64,000 nucleotides of DNA, from NCBI GenBank assembly GCA_951406725.2, contig OX597820.1:33108001-33172000 (forward strand). The letters are read 5' to 3'. The position numbers were made by a program, and so were the translations under genes. Positions 28,959 to 41,965 of the stretch are shown here, piece by piece (position 1 is the first letter of the stretch; every line of letters starts with the position of its first letter). Below the pieces are notes generated by a model. The model had not been told where the DNA came from and did no database searches. It saw only the letters and a list, made by a program, of their open reading frames with translations. Source of the DNA: Octopus vulgaris. Taxonomy: Eukaryota.

Positions 28959-29155
28959 AGACTGTTTGATTTCATCATCTTTTCTTCTTTTTATCTATGT
29001 GAGTTACAAATATTTTTGTCTGTGGAGTCATATTTGGAGTGAAAAGAAAATAACGGTCCTTTGGCTGCTATTCCTAAAGTTTCGGTATGTGGCAAAGCAA
29101 CTTGTTTCTAAACCCTTAATTATAGTTATAAATAAATAAATAAATAAATAAATAA

Positions 29156-29239
<84 letters not shown>

Positions 29240-29602
29240 AAATACAAACTGGGACAAGAACGCAAAACATTTAGAAGACGATACAAAAAACACGGACGGG
29301 ACATTCGAAGCCTTCAATCTTCAGTCAAGAACCGGATCATCCTCGCAATTTCGGCTGATTAATCTTGAGATTGCTCCGATCTGGCCAGCCCCAAAGGAAA
29401 ATCTAAACTAAGTGCATTAGATTCCTTGGAAGAAAGCTTCGAATGTATACAAAACAAGGACGGAAAAACGGACGATGTTACACGAATAAGAATACGAAAA
29501 TACGTAAAAACAATAATGATGATAATAATAACAAAAACAGGACGTTACAGACAGGCGTCTTTCGACAGGACGAGTATATATATAGCATGTTTGCTTTGTG
29601 TA

Positions 29603-29663
29603 AATAACTGACGAGGTGCCGGAGCAGATTTCTGCCACGACATCCAAAACTCGGAGTTTTATT
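29603..29663 (+). ncRNA. Degenerate minimal type-I hammerhead ribozyme (G12A)
   Basis: AAUAA-CUGACGA-[GG...CC stem II]-AAA-ACUCGGAGU-U-UUAUU: perfect 5-bp stem I, intact CUGANGA, near-palindromic stem III, but GAAA is changed to AAAA. Confidence 0.6.
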
Positions 29664-29798
29664 ATCGCAACCGAATAATTGCCACATATTATTTTACAGA
29701 TAAATTCCTCGATTTACATAATATCGAGGTCTCATTCAGTCTTTTGTTGTCATACTAAATATATCTCTTTTACATTTTTACTTGTTTCAGTCATTTGA

Positions 29799-29843
<45 letters not shown>

Positions 29844-29944
29844 TTTAAAAATTGAGGGAGATAAATTAATATTAATTTTAATATCAATTTAAAACCAGTA
29901 GTCCAGCATTCAAAAAATCTGAGGAGTCAGAGAAAATTCAAATA

Positions 29945-30482
29945 TATGTGTATATTGGCAGGGCTGGCCTGCTAGGTAGCCGGCCAGAATGCTAGAAGAA
30001 GATCATCAACGATCAAACTACAAGGGAAATTCTCTAGAGGAAGAATTCAGCGAACACCAGAACCAAATTTGGCGGGCAGGACATATGAAAAATTAAATAA
30101 AAAACAGACTTAAATGCATACCTGTTTCGGTCTTAACAGAGAATTACTTGCATAATTCAAGTGTCCGGACTTCATCAGTACATTCGGTCCTCGTGATGCA
30201 AACCGCAGGACCGAAGCTCTCTGTGTCAAGATGAAGACACGTGCTACACTTGATTACATCGCAATAAAATTTCAAATGTCCGAATGTACTGATGCATTTA
30301 AGGTATGCATTTAAGTCTGTTTTTTATTTAATTTTTCATATGTCCTGCCCGCCAAATTTGGTTCTGGTGTTCGCTGAATTCTTCCTCTAGAGAATTTCCC
30401 TTGTAGTTTGATCGTTGATGATCTTCTTCTAGCATTCTGGCCGGCTACCTAGCAGGCCAGCCCTGCCAATATACACATATAT
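29945..30482. repeat. Inverted pair of ~180-bp pLTR-like repeats
   Basis: 29945-30122 is the near-exact reverse complement of 30302-30482; a third (direct) copy lies at 30846-31015. Confidence 0.9.
30113..30184 (-). ncRNA. Type-I hammerhead ribozyme motif
   Basis: AAUGUA-CUGAUGA-AGUC...GACC-GAA-ACAGGU-A-UGCAUU. Confidence 0.7.
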
Positions 30483-30775
30483 ATATAAAACTGTAGTTGT
30501 GTGAGTGTCTGTCCCCTTCGATTTAGATTCCTAACTACTCCCACATTTTGCGGTGCAGTTTAACCAAATTCGGATATCTTATAGTCGTGATTTATATCGA
30601 GCCCGTCTGGCTATTAGCCCGCGTCTATGATGTGTCTACGATTTTAAAAATAATTTAACATCATTTTTTATTCCATTTTAATGCATAACTTTTCGTGTGT
30701 CGATGGCGGCGGAGTTGGCCTCCATGGTCACACCTGCACCTGTGTTGCTTCTCCCCCTTCTTCCCTCCCTCGTGA
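30482..30775 (+). mobile_element. Non-autonomous Helitron, 5' portion only
   Basis: Same sequence as the first ~290 bp of the two full copies downstream; truncated at CCCTCGTGA. Confidence 0.75.
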
Positions 30776-30783
30776 CGAGGACG

Positions 30784-30855
30784 AATGTACTGATGAAGTC
30801 ACGGACACTTGAATTATGCAAGTAATTCTTTTAGACCGAAACCGCGGTATGCATT
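30784..30855 (+). ncRNA. Type-I hammerhead ribozyme with palindromic stem III
   Basis: AAUGUA-CUGAUGA-AGUC...GACC-GAA-ACCGCGGU-A-UGCAUU. Stem I 6 bp, complete core, predicted cleavage after A30849. Confidence 0.8.
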
Positions 30856-31025
30856 TAAGTCTGTTTTTTATTTAATTTTTCATATGTCCTGCCCGCCAAA
30901 TTTGGTTCTGGTGTTCGCTGAATTCTTCCTCTAGAGAATTTCCCTTGTAGTTTGATCGTTGATGATCTTCTTCTAGCATTCTGGCCGGCTACCTAGCAGG
31001 CCAGCCCTGCCAATATACATATATA

Positions 31026-31532
31026 TATATAAAACTGTAGTTGTGTGAGTGTCTGTCCCCTTCGATTTAGATTCCTAACTACTCCCACATTTTGCGGTGC
31101 AGTTTAACCAAATCCTGGTATCTTATAGTCGTGATTCATATCAAGCCCGTCTGAGTATTAGCGCGCGTCTACGATGAGTCTACGATTTTAAAAATAATCT
31201 AACATCATTTTTTATTCCATTTTAATGCATAATTTTTCGTGTGTCGATGGCGGCGGAGTTGGCGTCCATGGTCATACCTGCACCTGTTTGATTCTCCCCC
31301 TTCTTCCCTCCCTCGTGAAGCTGTGGGGAAGGGAGTGTAAAGAAATCAACGTCGTAAAGCGTTGTCAAGGAGACCAGCGTTCTTTTAGAACAACGACTTC
31401 ATGACTTGAAGACACCAAAACAGAAATGGCTAAGAAAGCCCGAATTGGCATCTATAAGGGATGTAACTCTCTAAAAATGCTTATATAGTTATTTCCCTTA
31501 CAAACCCGAGCAACGCCGGGCGATACTGCTAG
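31026..31532 (+). mobile_element. Non-autonomous Helitron (~510 bp)
   Basis: 5' TATATAAAA start; subterminal hairpin CCCGAGCAACGCCGGG 12 nt before the end; terminal CTAG followed by T; no TSD. Confidence 0.85.
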
Positions 31533-31545
31533 TATATATATATAT

Positions 31546-32053
31546 ATATATAAAACTGTAGTTGTGTGAGTGTCTGTCCCCTTCGATTTAGATTCCTAAC
31601 TACTCCCACATTTTGCGGTGCAGTTTAACCAAATCCTGGTATCTTATAGTCGTGATTCATATCAAGCCCGTCTGAGTATTAGCGCGCGTCTACGATGAGT
31701 CTACGATTTTAAAAATAATCTAACATCATTTTTTTATTCCATTTTAATGCATAATTTTTCGTGTGTCGATGGCGGCGGAGTTGGCGTCCATGGTCACACC
31801 TGCACCTGTTTGATTCTCCCCTTCTTCCCTCCCTCGTGAAGCTGTGGGGAAGGGAGTGTAAGGAAATCAACGTCGTAAAGCGTTGTCAAGGAGACCAGCG
31901 TTCTTTTAGAACAACGACATCATGGCTTGAAGACACCAAAACAGAAATGGCTAAGAAAGCCCGAATTGGCATCTATAAGGGAAGTAACTCTCTAAAAATG
32001 CTTATATAGTTATTTCCCTTACAAACCCGAGCAACGCCGGGCGATACTGCTAG
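31546..32053 (+). mobile_element. Non-autonomous Helitron, second head-to-tail copy
   Basis: Near-identical to 31026-31532, with the same hairpin and CTAG|T end. Confidence 0.85.
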
Positions 32054-32077
32054 TATATATATATATATACACATATA

Positions 32078-32139
<62 letters not shown>

Positions 32140-33078
32140 CACTTTATTAAAAAGCAGCAAACATCAAAAAAAAAAAAAATGTTACTCAGAGTTTCACGTT
32201 CTTGTTTAGAATGCAACAAAATTAAGGTTATAAGCAAACATATACAATTAGTTTAATAGATACACATTTGAAAATGGTTTTGTTTCATTGGTCCTTTCAG
32301 CTAACGGTCTCTACAATGTCCGGTTGCATGCATCGAACAAATTTTGGTATAAAATCGACTTATTATAAAATCGAAGAAAACCTTAAAGAAGAACAAAGCC
32401 TGAATACCCAGAGTAAATAATTATCTGTAAAACATTGATCAATTGATATATTAAAAGTTATATCCATTTAAAAAATGTTCACGTTGGATTACATACACAT
32501 TTAGCAGTATATGCACATACGAAACCATCTGTAATATACATATATATATACTAAACATACAGATGCATGTGCATAACTACATACATATACAGACATAAAT
32601 ATATAGGCAAGACAAATATATATACAAATGCATATGTATTTATGTACGCACACATACGCACGCGCACAAAATCTCATGGCGTATGCTTATACAAGATAGT
32701 TGTTACGGGTGAAAGAAAGAGAAGGAAAAAATCAGGAAATATTAAGTATGGGGGTATGTGAGGAAAGATAACAGGGGAAAAGAAGAAAAAAAATAAAAGA
32801 AATAGTAACAGAAAATTAGAGTGAGAAAGAGAAAAGTTGATAGGGGAAGAGAATGTTGCATCATGGCATTCGAAAGTATCTAAGGGCGATTAGATAGCTT
32901 GCGCAACGAACACATGAAAACGCACACATAAAATTACATATATATCTACATAAGTACAAACATACATATAAATATGCACACATATAGATACGCATACAAA
33001 TATACAAAAATATATACGCAAATACATGCCCACATAAATAAAAGTATACACACATATACATACACATTTATATATGTA

Positions 33079-33116
<38 letters not shown>

Positions 33117-33500
33117 CGCACATACATATACATATATATACATACCTTCAATACATACATACACATAAAAATATAGACATCATAACGTATATATGCAAAC
33201 AATTTAAAAACTGTCCGGTGTATATAATATTAAAATGTAAAAATAAAGAAATTGTACATTAATGTGATATAACATAATAAAATACGTGAGTAAACAATAT
33301 AAAATAAACCTCGGCGAAGTTTAAGCTTAAATTTGTAAAACAGTCGAAGGCTTTCTTAAAAATGAAGTCGAAATATACACTAGCATTGCAATGCAAAATA
33401 ACTATACCGTGTAAAGTCAAATTCAAATGCGACGGTCAAAAGCTATATATATTTCGAAAGTCAAAATATTTTACTCATACGGTATTTTGTCAGTTGACAT

Positions 33501-34550
33501 TTAAACTTTGCGGCGTGCCTGCAGGAATTTAATAGCTCGCGTCTCTGGTTCAAAGCATTTTTCCTGGAACAGGATGAAGAACTTTTCTGAGAGGCAAAGA
33601 TTACATTTCAGAGGTCTTTTATAAGCTCCATGTCTGTATGCTGATGCTTTTTCTAGAATTTTCCAGGTTACATTGAAAGGACAGGTGTCATTCTCTTTCA
33701 ATTCCCAGACACGCTTCCCAAGACTAGTCGCTGTACTGTTCTTGGAGTATCGGAAAGAAATTCGATGGGAGTAGAATCGAGTCTTGAATGAATTTTCCGA
33801 AGCCCCTGTGTATGTTTTGTATTTTTGTGAACCATCTACTTGCACTTTGGCTCTATAAACAATACCTTTTCCAAGACATTTTCCTTCCAACGGACAGCAA
33901 GTCTCATCTTTGAAGTTGCAGTTCCTCAGATTAGATTCGGCACTGTAGTTGTCTGTACTAAACTTTGTGTTATGCTGGCTCAAAAAATAGGCGAAGCTTT
34001 TTTGCAACAAGAGTAGCTAACCTTCACTGTTCTCCTATTAAATATTCTATAGAACTTATGGCTAGACTGAAAATACTTAGAAACTAATTTTAAAAATTCC
34101 CTACATATATCAGTTTCTATGGTCATATTAAATGCGGGGTTAAACCGCAAAACTTTCCTAATTCTAGTTCTAAGGGGCCTATTATTGCTAGAATTAACTT
34201 GACTATACTAGATCTCCGAGAATCCACCTTTCCTTAATACATTATTGTAATGCGGCGCAGCATTTTGAAATGCTGTCTCATCCGAAGAAATTGATGATAT
34301 TCACCTTCCTACATTACTAACTAGGTTCTTAAGAATTACGAGTGGATAATTTAATTCTTTGTTAATATAACATAGCTTTTCATTGGGCTTACGGTAGAGT
34401 TTAAATTTATCTAATTGTAAATCTTAATTGATATCCAAAAAAATCTACGTTTTTAAAGTTTCTTTCTCTCGTAATCCGTAAGCCCATTCTTTGGAAGAAA
34501 GTAATCGGATTCTTCTTAGTTTATATAACTCATGGCCGTTTAAATTATGG
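33501..34550 (-). pseudogene. Decayed Penelope-like retroelement (Naiad-type): RT thumb + GIY-YIG endonuclease
   Basis: FLDIN*...YRKPNEKLCYIN, RFNPAF...IFNRRTVKVSYSC, then CN..CPLEGKCL, GIVY...YTG, KTRFYSH and CNLCLSEK. Contains stops and a frameshift. Confidence 0.85.
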
Positions 34551-34574
34551 GTGACTATAAGACCATCACCCTCT

Positions 34575-34872
34575 CTATTCCAGGAGCCCATACATGTTCA
34601 GATAAGACGAAGGAAATGGAGACGGATCGGACACACACTGCGGAAAGAATCCTCAAATGCGACATGACAAGCACTTGACTGGAAAAGTCTCCGTAGGGGA
34701 AAAGGAAGTGAGGACGCCCGAAGCAGACATGGAAGCGGAGCATTTTGGACGAGCTCAGGACCACTGGCCTGACATGGGAAGCAACCAAGAAACACGCCAA
34801 TGACCGCAAAAAGTGGAAACAAACTGTTGAGGCCCTATGCTCCACAATGAGCAAAAAGGACATCCCTGTATA
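34575..34872 (+). pseudogene. RTE-clade LINE 3' fragment
   Basis: IRRRKWRRIGHTLRK...GRPKQTWKRSI...W..TVEALCST; same family as 53861-54359. Confidence 0.8.
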
Positions 34873-35307
34873 ATCCTGCATCTAGGATTATAGATGTAGT
34901 TCTTAGGGAGATATAACGTGACACAAAATGTAAAGAGGCTGGCATTTTGAAATGCAGTTACTACTCGTTTTCTGCTGAGTGTACTGGAGCGTCGTGAGAT
35001 AAAATGTCTTGCTCAAGAACACAACGCACCGTCGGGAATCGAACTCACGACCTTACAATCGTGAGCGGAGTACTCTAAACACTAAGGCACACGCCTTAAC
35101 ACATGCATGCATGCCTACCTACCTACCTACCTATATACATACATACATATATGCATGCATGCATACGTACATGTATACCTATACACATGAATGCATACAT
35201 ACATACATTCTTACATACATAAATACATATATACATGGTGGTTGTCAATGGATAGACGAGTATGACAATCACTGACACATTATCTTTTCGTAGATGTTAA
35301 AGACAAA

Positions 35308-36040
35308 AGGCGGCGAGCTGGCAGAAACGTTAGCACGCCGGGCGAAATGCGTAGCGGTATTTCAAATTCCGTAGGCGCATGGCTCAGTGGTTAGAGCGCC
35401 GAGCTTACAATCGTGAGGTTGTGAGCTCAAATCGCGGACCGGGCTGCATGTTGTGTTCTTGAGCAAGACACTTTATTTCACGTTGCTTCAAAAAAAAAAA
35501 AAAAAAAGGCGAGCTGGCAGAAACGTTAGCACGCCGGGCGAAATGCGTAGCGGTATTTCAAATTCCGTAGGCGCATGGCTCAGTGGTTAGAGCGCCGAGC
35601 TTACAATCGTGAGGTTGTGAGCTCAAATCGCGGATTGTGTTCTTGAGCAAGACACTTTATTTCACGTTGCTTCAAAAAAAAAAAAAAAAAGGCGAGCTGG
35701 CAGAAACGTTAGCACGCCGGGCGAAATGCGTAGCCGTATTTCGTCTGTCGTTATGTTCTGAGTTCAAATTCCGCCGAGGTCGACTTTGCCTTTCATCCTT
35801 TCGGGGTCGATAAATTAAGTACCAGTTACGCACTGGGGTCGATATAATCGACTTAATCCGTCTGTCTGTCCTTGTTTGTCGTCTGTGTGTTTAGCCCCTT
35901 GTGGGTAGTAAAGAAATAGGTATTTCGTCTGCCGTTACGTTGTGAGTTCAAATTCCGCCGAGGTCGACTTTGCCTTTCATCATTTCGGGGTCGATAAATT
36001 AAGTACCAGTTACGCACTGGGGTCGATATAATCGTCTTAA
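35308..36040 (+). mobile_element. Tandem chimeric SINE array: 2x(A-head + B-head/CORE + polyA), then family A SINE with repeated 3' unit
   Basis: GGCGAGCTGGCAGAAACG at 35313, 35508 and 35691; A-runs at ~35489 and ~35674. Confidence 0.85.
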
Positions 36041-36064
36041 TACCTTTCTATGTCCTAGTTTATG

Positions 36065-36526
36065 CACTTCTAAAAAACCTAAACATTGTGTATAATACGC
36101 ACCCCTTCTCTAACTTAAGTTGTGCGTAATTAAGCCAGCAGCACCTAGTCGAACAAACACTTCCGCGCATCCGTAATACAATAATGGTGATGTTCTTAAC
36201 TGTTATATGGGAATGTAAATATGTTTGCAAATTGCTTCTGTTATATGTTATTCTGTGTTCTGAATACTTTTATTTTAATAAATGTTGCTTACTGCAAGTT
36301 ATGCATGATTCTTTTATGACTTTATTGCTTTCAGGCCAAGCTTAAGGTATTTTCGCTCCCGACATCATAAAATGCGTCTGAATAAACATAGCCGGACAGC
36401 AAATAGGGACTTGAACATTGCTTAGAAAATATTTTTCATTTTTAACCTCGTATATAGTACGCACTAGGGATTTTGACCTTTAAATTTTGGGAAAATAGTG
36501 CGGGTTATACTCGAGGATTTACGGTA
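36065..36526. mobile_element. pogo/Tc2-like DNA transposon end
   Basis: Terminal GCGGGTTATACTCGAGGATTTACGG followed by TA, with subterminal TATAATACGCAC-type repeats. Confidence 0.5.
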
Positions 36527-37248
36527 CATACATTCATACTCCATACATGCATGCATACACACGCACATACATACATACATACATACATACATACATACAT
36601 ACATACATACATACATACATTCATACAGTTATTGATGTATACCTATGCACCTATATATATATATACATACATGCCACGTTTATAATTATGCATTTATAAA
36701 TGTAAGGACCGATGTATACCATTACGAATGCACGCACAAATACATATACATGTGCGCGCATGTGTATATTTAAATGAATGTGTATGTGTGTGTATATATA
36801 TATATATATGCATATAACTATACTAAAATGAATGTGTATATATATGCTCGTGTGTATATATGTGTGTGTGCCTGTAAGTACGAATGTACATACTGTTAAT
36901 ATAAGTTATAATGACTAATGATAGTGTATATATATATGGTCGTGTGCTGGTATGTTTTTGCGTGTGCATTTGTGTGTGAGTGTGTATGTGTGTGTGTGTG
37001 TGTGTTAGTAGGAATGTACATAACTATTAATGCAAGTTGTAATGACTATGAAAACGCTCCAATACCACAATAATGCTAATTGCAATAATGCTAATTACAG
37101 GAATAGCAATTATTTATCTTATCAGAGATAAAAGACCTTTGAGTGGGATTTGGAAGAAAATGCCAGAATCCCGTTTTATATATATATATATATATGTATA
37201 TATATGTGTATGCGTGTGTGTATCTATCTATCTATCTATCTATCTATA

Positions 37249-37334
<86 letters not shown>

Positions 37335-37358
37335 AATGTATATCTATATCTATCTGTC

Positions 37359-37404
<46 letters not shown>

Positions 37405-37439
37405 GAATATATACATATATGTACATACTTACATATATA

Positions 37440-38190
37440 TGTATATGTATATGCATATATGGGTACAGGACGTCAGAAAACGTAAACAACATGAAATACG
37501 AAGGCAAACCTGTGTATGCGAACAACGAGAGAAACAAATGGAAAACAAGACAGGTAACATAAAGAACGACCCTTCATCAGTTGTTGGCTGTTTATCTACT
37601 CCACATTTCGGGCAATTCACGACAATATGAGTCTCCCGTGAACCAAAGTAAAATTTGGGATTTGCGGAGGGTCAAAGTTGGTAACAAAAACAGGAAAGTG
37701 GAAACATACAGCAAACCAAATGAAAACAATCATGGAGGGCCGTTAAGCTACACGATGTAAGGTAGCAAGCGCGGGAGTAATATACTTTGACAAGAGAAAA
37801 GATAGGAGAGGAGACAGATAAGAATACGTCTGGTCTGTGCGACAGACTGAAGGAAAAGAAAGATGGACGATGGTCACGTGTGAGCAACGAGAGAGAATAA
37901 AGGAGGAAGAGGGAGAGAGAGACAGAGAGCGAAACAAACAATCAGATAGAACAGAGGAGAAAGAAAAAAAAGAATTAGAGAAAGGATGAAGGAGAAAATG
38001 CGAAAGGGAGAGAAGGGGAGAATAAAGAACTAGAAAAGGAAAAGAGAGAGAGAGAACTGTACAGGGTAGAGTCGCATCAAAATTAAGATAAACTTACTCG
38101 GAAATGGATGCGTACGTTCAATCATATATTGATATAAATTATATATATATATATACATATACATAATATACATACATATATGTACATACT

Positions 38191-38276
<86 letters not shown>

Positions 38277-38565
38277 TATGTGGGTACAGGACGTCACAAA
38301 ACATAAACAACATGAAATACGAAGGCAAACAACGAGAGAAACAAATGGAAAACAAGACAAGTAACATAAAGAAAGACCTTTCGTCATTTGTTGGCTGTTT
38401 ATCTACTCCATATTTCGAGCAACTTATGACAATATGAGGCTTCGAAAAACAGTTGCTCCGCGAACCAAAACAAAATTTGAGATTTACGGAAGTTCAAAGT
38501 TGGTAACACCCCCCCCCATCCATTTCCAAGTAAGTTTATTTTAATAATTTTGTTGCGATTCTACT
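37440..38565 (-). mobile_element. Tandem pLTR-like repeats with short inverted tail (putative non-autonomous Penelope-like element)
   Basis: 37440-37690 and 38270-38510 are direct repeats; 38066-38110 is inverted at 38517-38563. Confidence 0.55.
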
Positions 38566-38915
38566 TCTTCACTACATTTTTCACTTCCTCGTAACTGGAA
38601 TAATGTTTGCCTCTCAAACCCTCTTTCATGGGGCCGAAGAGATGATAGTCCAGTGACGATTGTAAGTCCAGTGACGAGGAAGTGAAAACTGTAGTGAAGA
38701 AGTAGCTCAAAGAACAGTCAACATAATTTTACGGAGCAGGGATACATGCTCTCATTCGAAGGTGGAGATTTGCTTTCGAGAGAAACGGCGACTATGTTGA
38801 GAAGTAGGGATGTGATCCACTGATCCACAGCTTCATTTTGATGTATGATACATGTTCCTGTGTTGGTAATTATTCCTGTGCTAAACAAAATGGCATTACT
38901 TTTTAACTCACCCTC

Positions 38916-38917
<2 letters not shown>
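38563..38917 (+). pseudogene. mariner 3' remnant with right TIR and small internal inversion
   Basis: SDEEVKTVVKK*LKEQ...GIHALIRRW...NGDYVEK*; ends TTACTTTTTAACTCACCCTCGTA; 38563-38598 is an inverted copy of 38667-38702. Confidence 0.75.
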
Positions 38918-38967
<50 letters not shown>

Positions 38968-39557
38968 TGTTTTATCTTAACTGAGGCCCTTAAACTTCTT
39001 GGTGGAATTGTAGTGGCGCCATTGTGACATACGATGATGAGCCTAAGGCATTTTGAAACCTAGAAGAGCCCACCCTTGTCTAGAACTGTCTACAAGTGAT
39101 TTTTTTCCAGAAAGAAAGACAGACAGACAGACAGAAAGTGAAACTAACAGATAAGTATATGACTCAGTATATGACTGGTACGTTGTTTTATCGACCTGAA
39201 GAGGGGGAAAAGCAATATTAACTTCGACAGGAATTGAACTCAGGACGTAAAGAGCCGGAATGATTGCTGCAAAGCACTCTCTCCGACGTTCCAACGAATC
39301 AGCCAATGGCTACCTGGGTATGCGTTTATGTGTATATGTGTATATGAGCATATGTGCGTGTGTATATGCTTGCATGTTTGTATGCATGAATAAGTACATG
39401 TATGCGAGCATGAGCGAGCGTATACACACACACACAAACTCACATACATACATAAATATACATGCAGACGCACACTTATATATGTATATGTATGTGTGTA
39501 TGTGTTGGCGATTTTTTTCCCTGTGTCTTCCCTTCTCTGGATCTTTCCTTCTCCTAT

Positions 39558-39592
39558 GTTTCCGACGAAGAGCTCCGCTCGAAACGTTAAAC
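39558..39592 (+). ncRNA. Degenerate minimal hammerhead motif in a (TA)n-tailed repeat
   Basis: GUUU-CCGACGA-A-GAGC(UCC)GCUC-GAA-ACGU-U-AAAC; U4C in the core. Confidence 0.5.
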
Positions 39593-39679
39593 CCTCCTTC
39601 TTTCCTTCTTTCCTGAGCATCCAATAATACTATATTTATTCCACGTCCTTGTGTTTTTTGTGCTTTCTTGTTTGGATTA

Positions 39680-39731
<52 letters not shown>

Positions 39732-39779
39732 AGTATATACATACAAGTATATATATATGGGGAGAGAGCGAGAGAGAGA

Positions 39780-39817
<38 letters not shown>

Positions 39818-39836
39818 TATATAGATAGATAGATAA

Positions 39837-39893
<57 letters not shown>

Positions 39894-39918
39894 CGGACAG
39901 ACAGATATATAGAAACAT

Positions 39919-39984
<66 letters not shown>

Positions 39985-40168
39985 GCATGTATTGTGTATG
40001 CTAATATTTGATCTGTTTGTGTGAAGGCGGCAGAGTGGGAAGAGCGAGGAAGACATATTTGGTAGAGATTATCATATTTTAACCGACTTTGGGTCATCAT
40101 ATCATTATTTAATTATGGGCGTTCACTAATACCGTACAACAGCAGCAGCAGCAACAACAATTACAGCA

Positions 40169-40211
<43 letters not shown>

Positions 40212-40814
40212 AGGAATCTTTCTGTATAGTATTTTTATTTGCTAGAAATAGCAGCTCAGTCTCGCACTCAAATAATCCTTTCTACTAGAGGCTGAAGGCC
40301 TGAAATTTTTTGGGGAAGGAGCTAGTCGATTACATCGACCCCAGTGCTCAACTGGTACATATTCTATCGAACTGGAAGGGCTGAAAAGCAAAGTCGATCT
40401 CGGCGTAAAGACGACGAACGAAATGCCACTAAGCCAGCCGAGCTAAAGATTCTGCCAGCTCTCCGCCGGGCCTCGCACTGAAATAATAGTTTCGAATTTT
40501 GGCAAGGCCAGCAGTTTTTTTTTTGGGGGGGGGGGAGGAGTAAGTCAATTACATCGACCTCAATGTTCAACTGGTACTTATTTTATTGACCCCGAAAGGT
40601 TGAAAAGTAAAGTCGACCTTGGTGGAATTTGAACTCACAACGTAAAGACGAACGAAATGCCGTTAAGTAATTTTTCCGGCGTGCTAACGATTGTGTCTCA
40701 GATGATGTTTGTCGTTTCCTAAATAAGGAATAAAACACATTGTAATAATATAGTTCCAGACCAACGGTTCCGAGCCATTTGTAGCTCAGTGGCCCCTTTC
40801 TCTGACTGGTGTTA

Positions 40815-41200
40815 CGCAAATAGCCCCTATTCATTGCCTTCTTTCAAAGGACAGTGTTAAGAATGGCCCCTGTTCATTATCCATTTTACTTTTTACGAAA
40901 TTGTGTTTTACAAACATCCCCTCTTCATAATCATATTACCCCCTTTCTCTAAATGGTATTTTATAAACGACCTTTATTCATTATCCTCTGTCAAAGAATG
41001 GTGTTATATAAACAATCACGCTTCATTGCTTTCTTTCGCTGAACGGCTTTATATAAACACCCCCTATTTATTACCTCCTTTCAGAGAATACTGTACAAAC
41101 GCCCTTTCTTCATTACCTTCTTTCACTAAACGATGATTGACAAAACCCGCCTCTCCATCACCACCCCCTCTCAAAGGAAGGTGTTTTATAAACAATCAAG
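40815..41200. repeat. Highly diverged ~43-bp minisatellite (~9 units)
   Basis: Recurrent AAAC.CCC.T.TTCATTACC...TTC...TGTTTTATAAAC pattern. Confidence 0.6.
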
Positions 41201-41669
41201 CACTCTCTTATGCCATCAAAAAATGAAAACCGAAAAGATTGTTTTAACCAAACGAAAGTGAATTTTGTGCAGAAGTTATTTTTATCTCTTTTTTTTTAAT
41301 ATATCAGCCCCTTCAAGATGGGACATATTTCAGATATTTACGTGGGCTAGGACCCCGCTATGTTATGCCAAATTTTTTATCAAATTACGGAGAAAGGAGG
41401 GGGAGGATTTACATAACATACATATATAGATTCTTTCGTGAAGCGCATAATATGTCTGAACATATACAATAATAATAAATGCCAAGCAAACATCAAGTAC
41501 AGGACATCACCAACGAGTGAAAAATACATAAAAACATAATGAGAGACAAGTACGGGCCAAAATACCACAAGAAGTTTAACCCCTCCTCTGTTGTCGGCTT
41601 TCAAAATTTCTCTCAGGCGTTACCCATTACAATACGTCTTGGTCTAACGGCCCTCAAGTGAAAACACAT

Positions 41670-41965
41670 AGCCTAGTGGTTAGAGCAACGGACTCGCGGT
41701 AGCGGGATCGCGGGTTCGAATCTCAGACCGGGCGATGTGTGTGTCTATGAGCGAAACACCTAAGCTCCACGCGGCTCCGGCAGTAGGTAATGGCGAACTT
41801 CAGTTGACTCTTTCGCCACAACTTTTTTTTCACTCTTTCCTCCTGCATCTTGCAGCCCACTTGCGACAGACTGGCGTCCCATCCAGGTGGGTAGCCTATA
41901 CGCCTAGGAAATCGGGAAACCGGCCCTTATGAGCCAGGCATGGCTTTCGAGAAGGAACAAACATA
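41670..41965 (+). mobile_element. Family D-head SINE with 10-bp flanking direct repeat
   Basis: B box GGGTTCGAATCT; TAACGGCCCT at 41645-41654 and 41966-41975. Confidence 0.75.
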
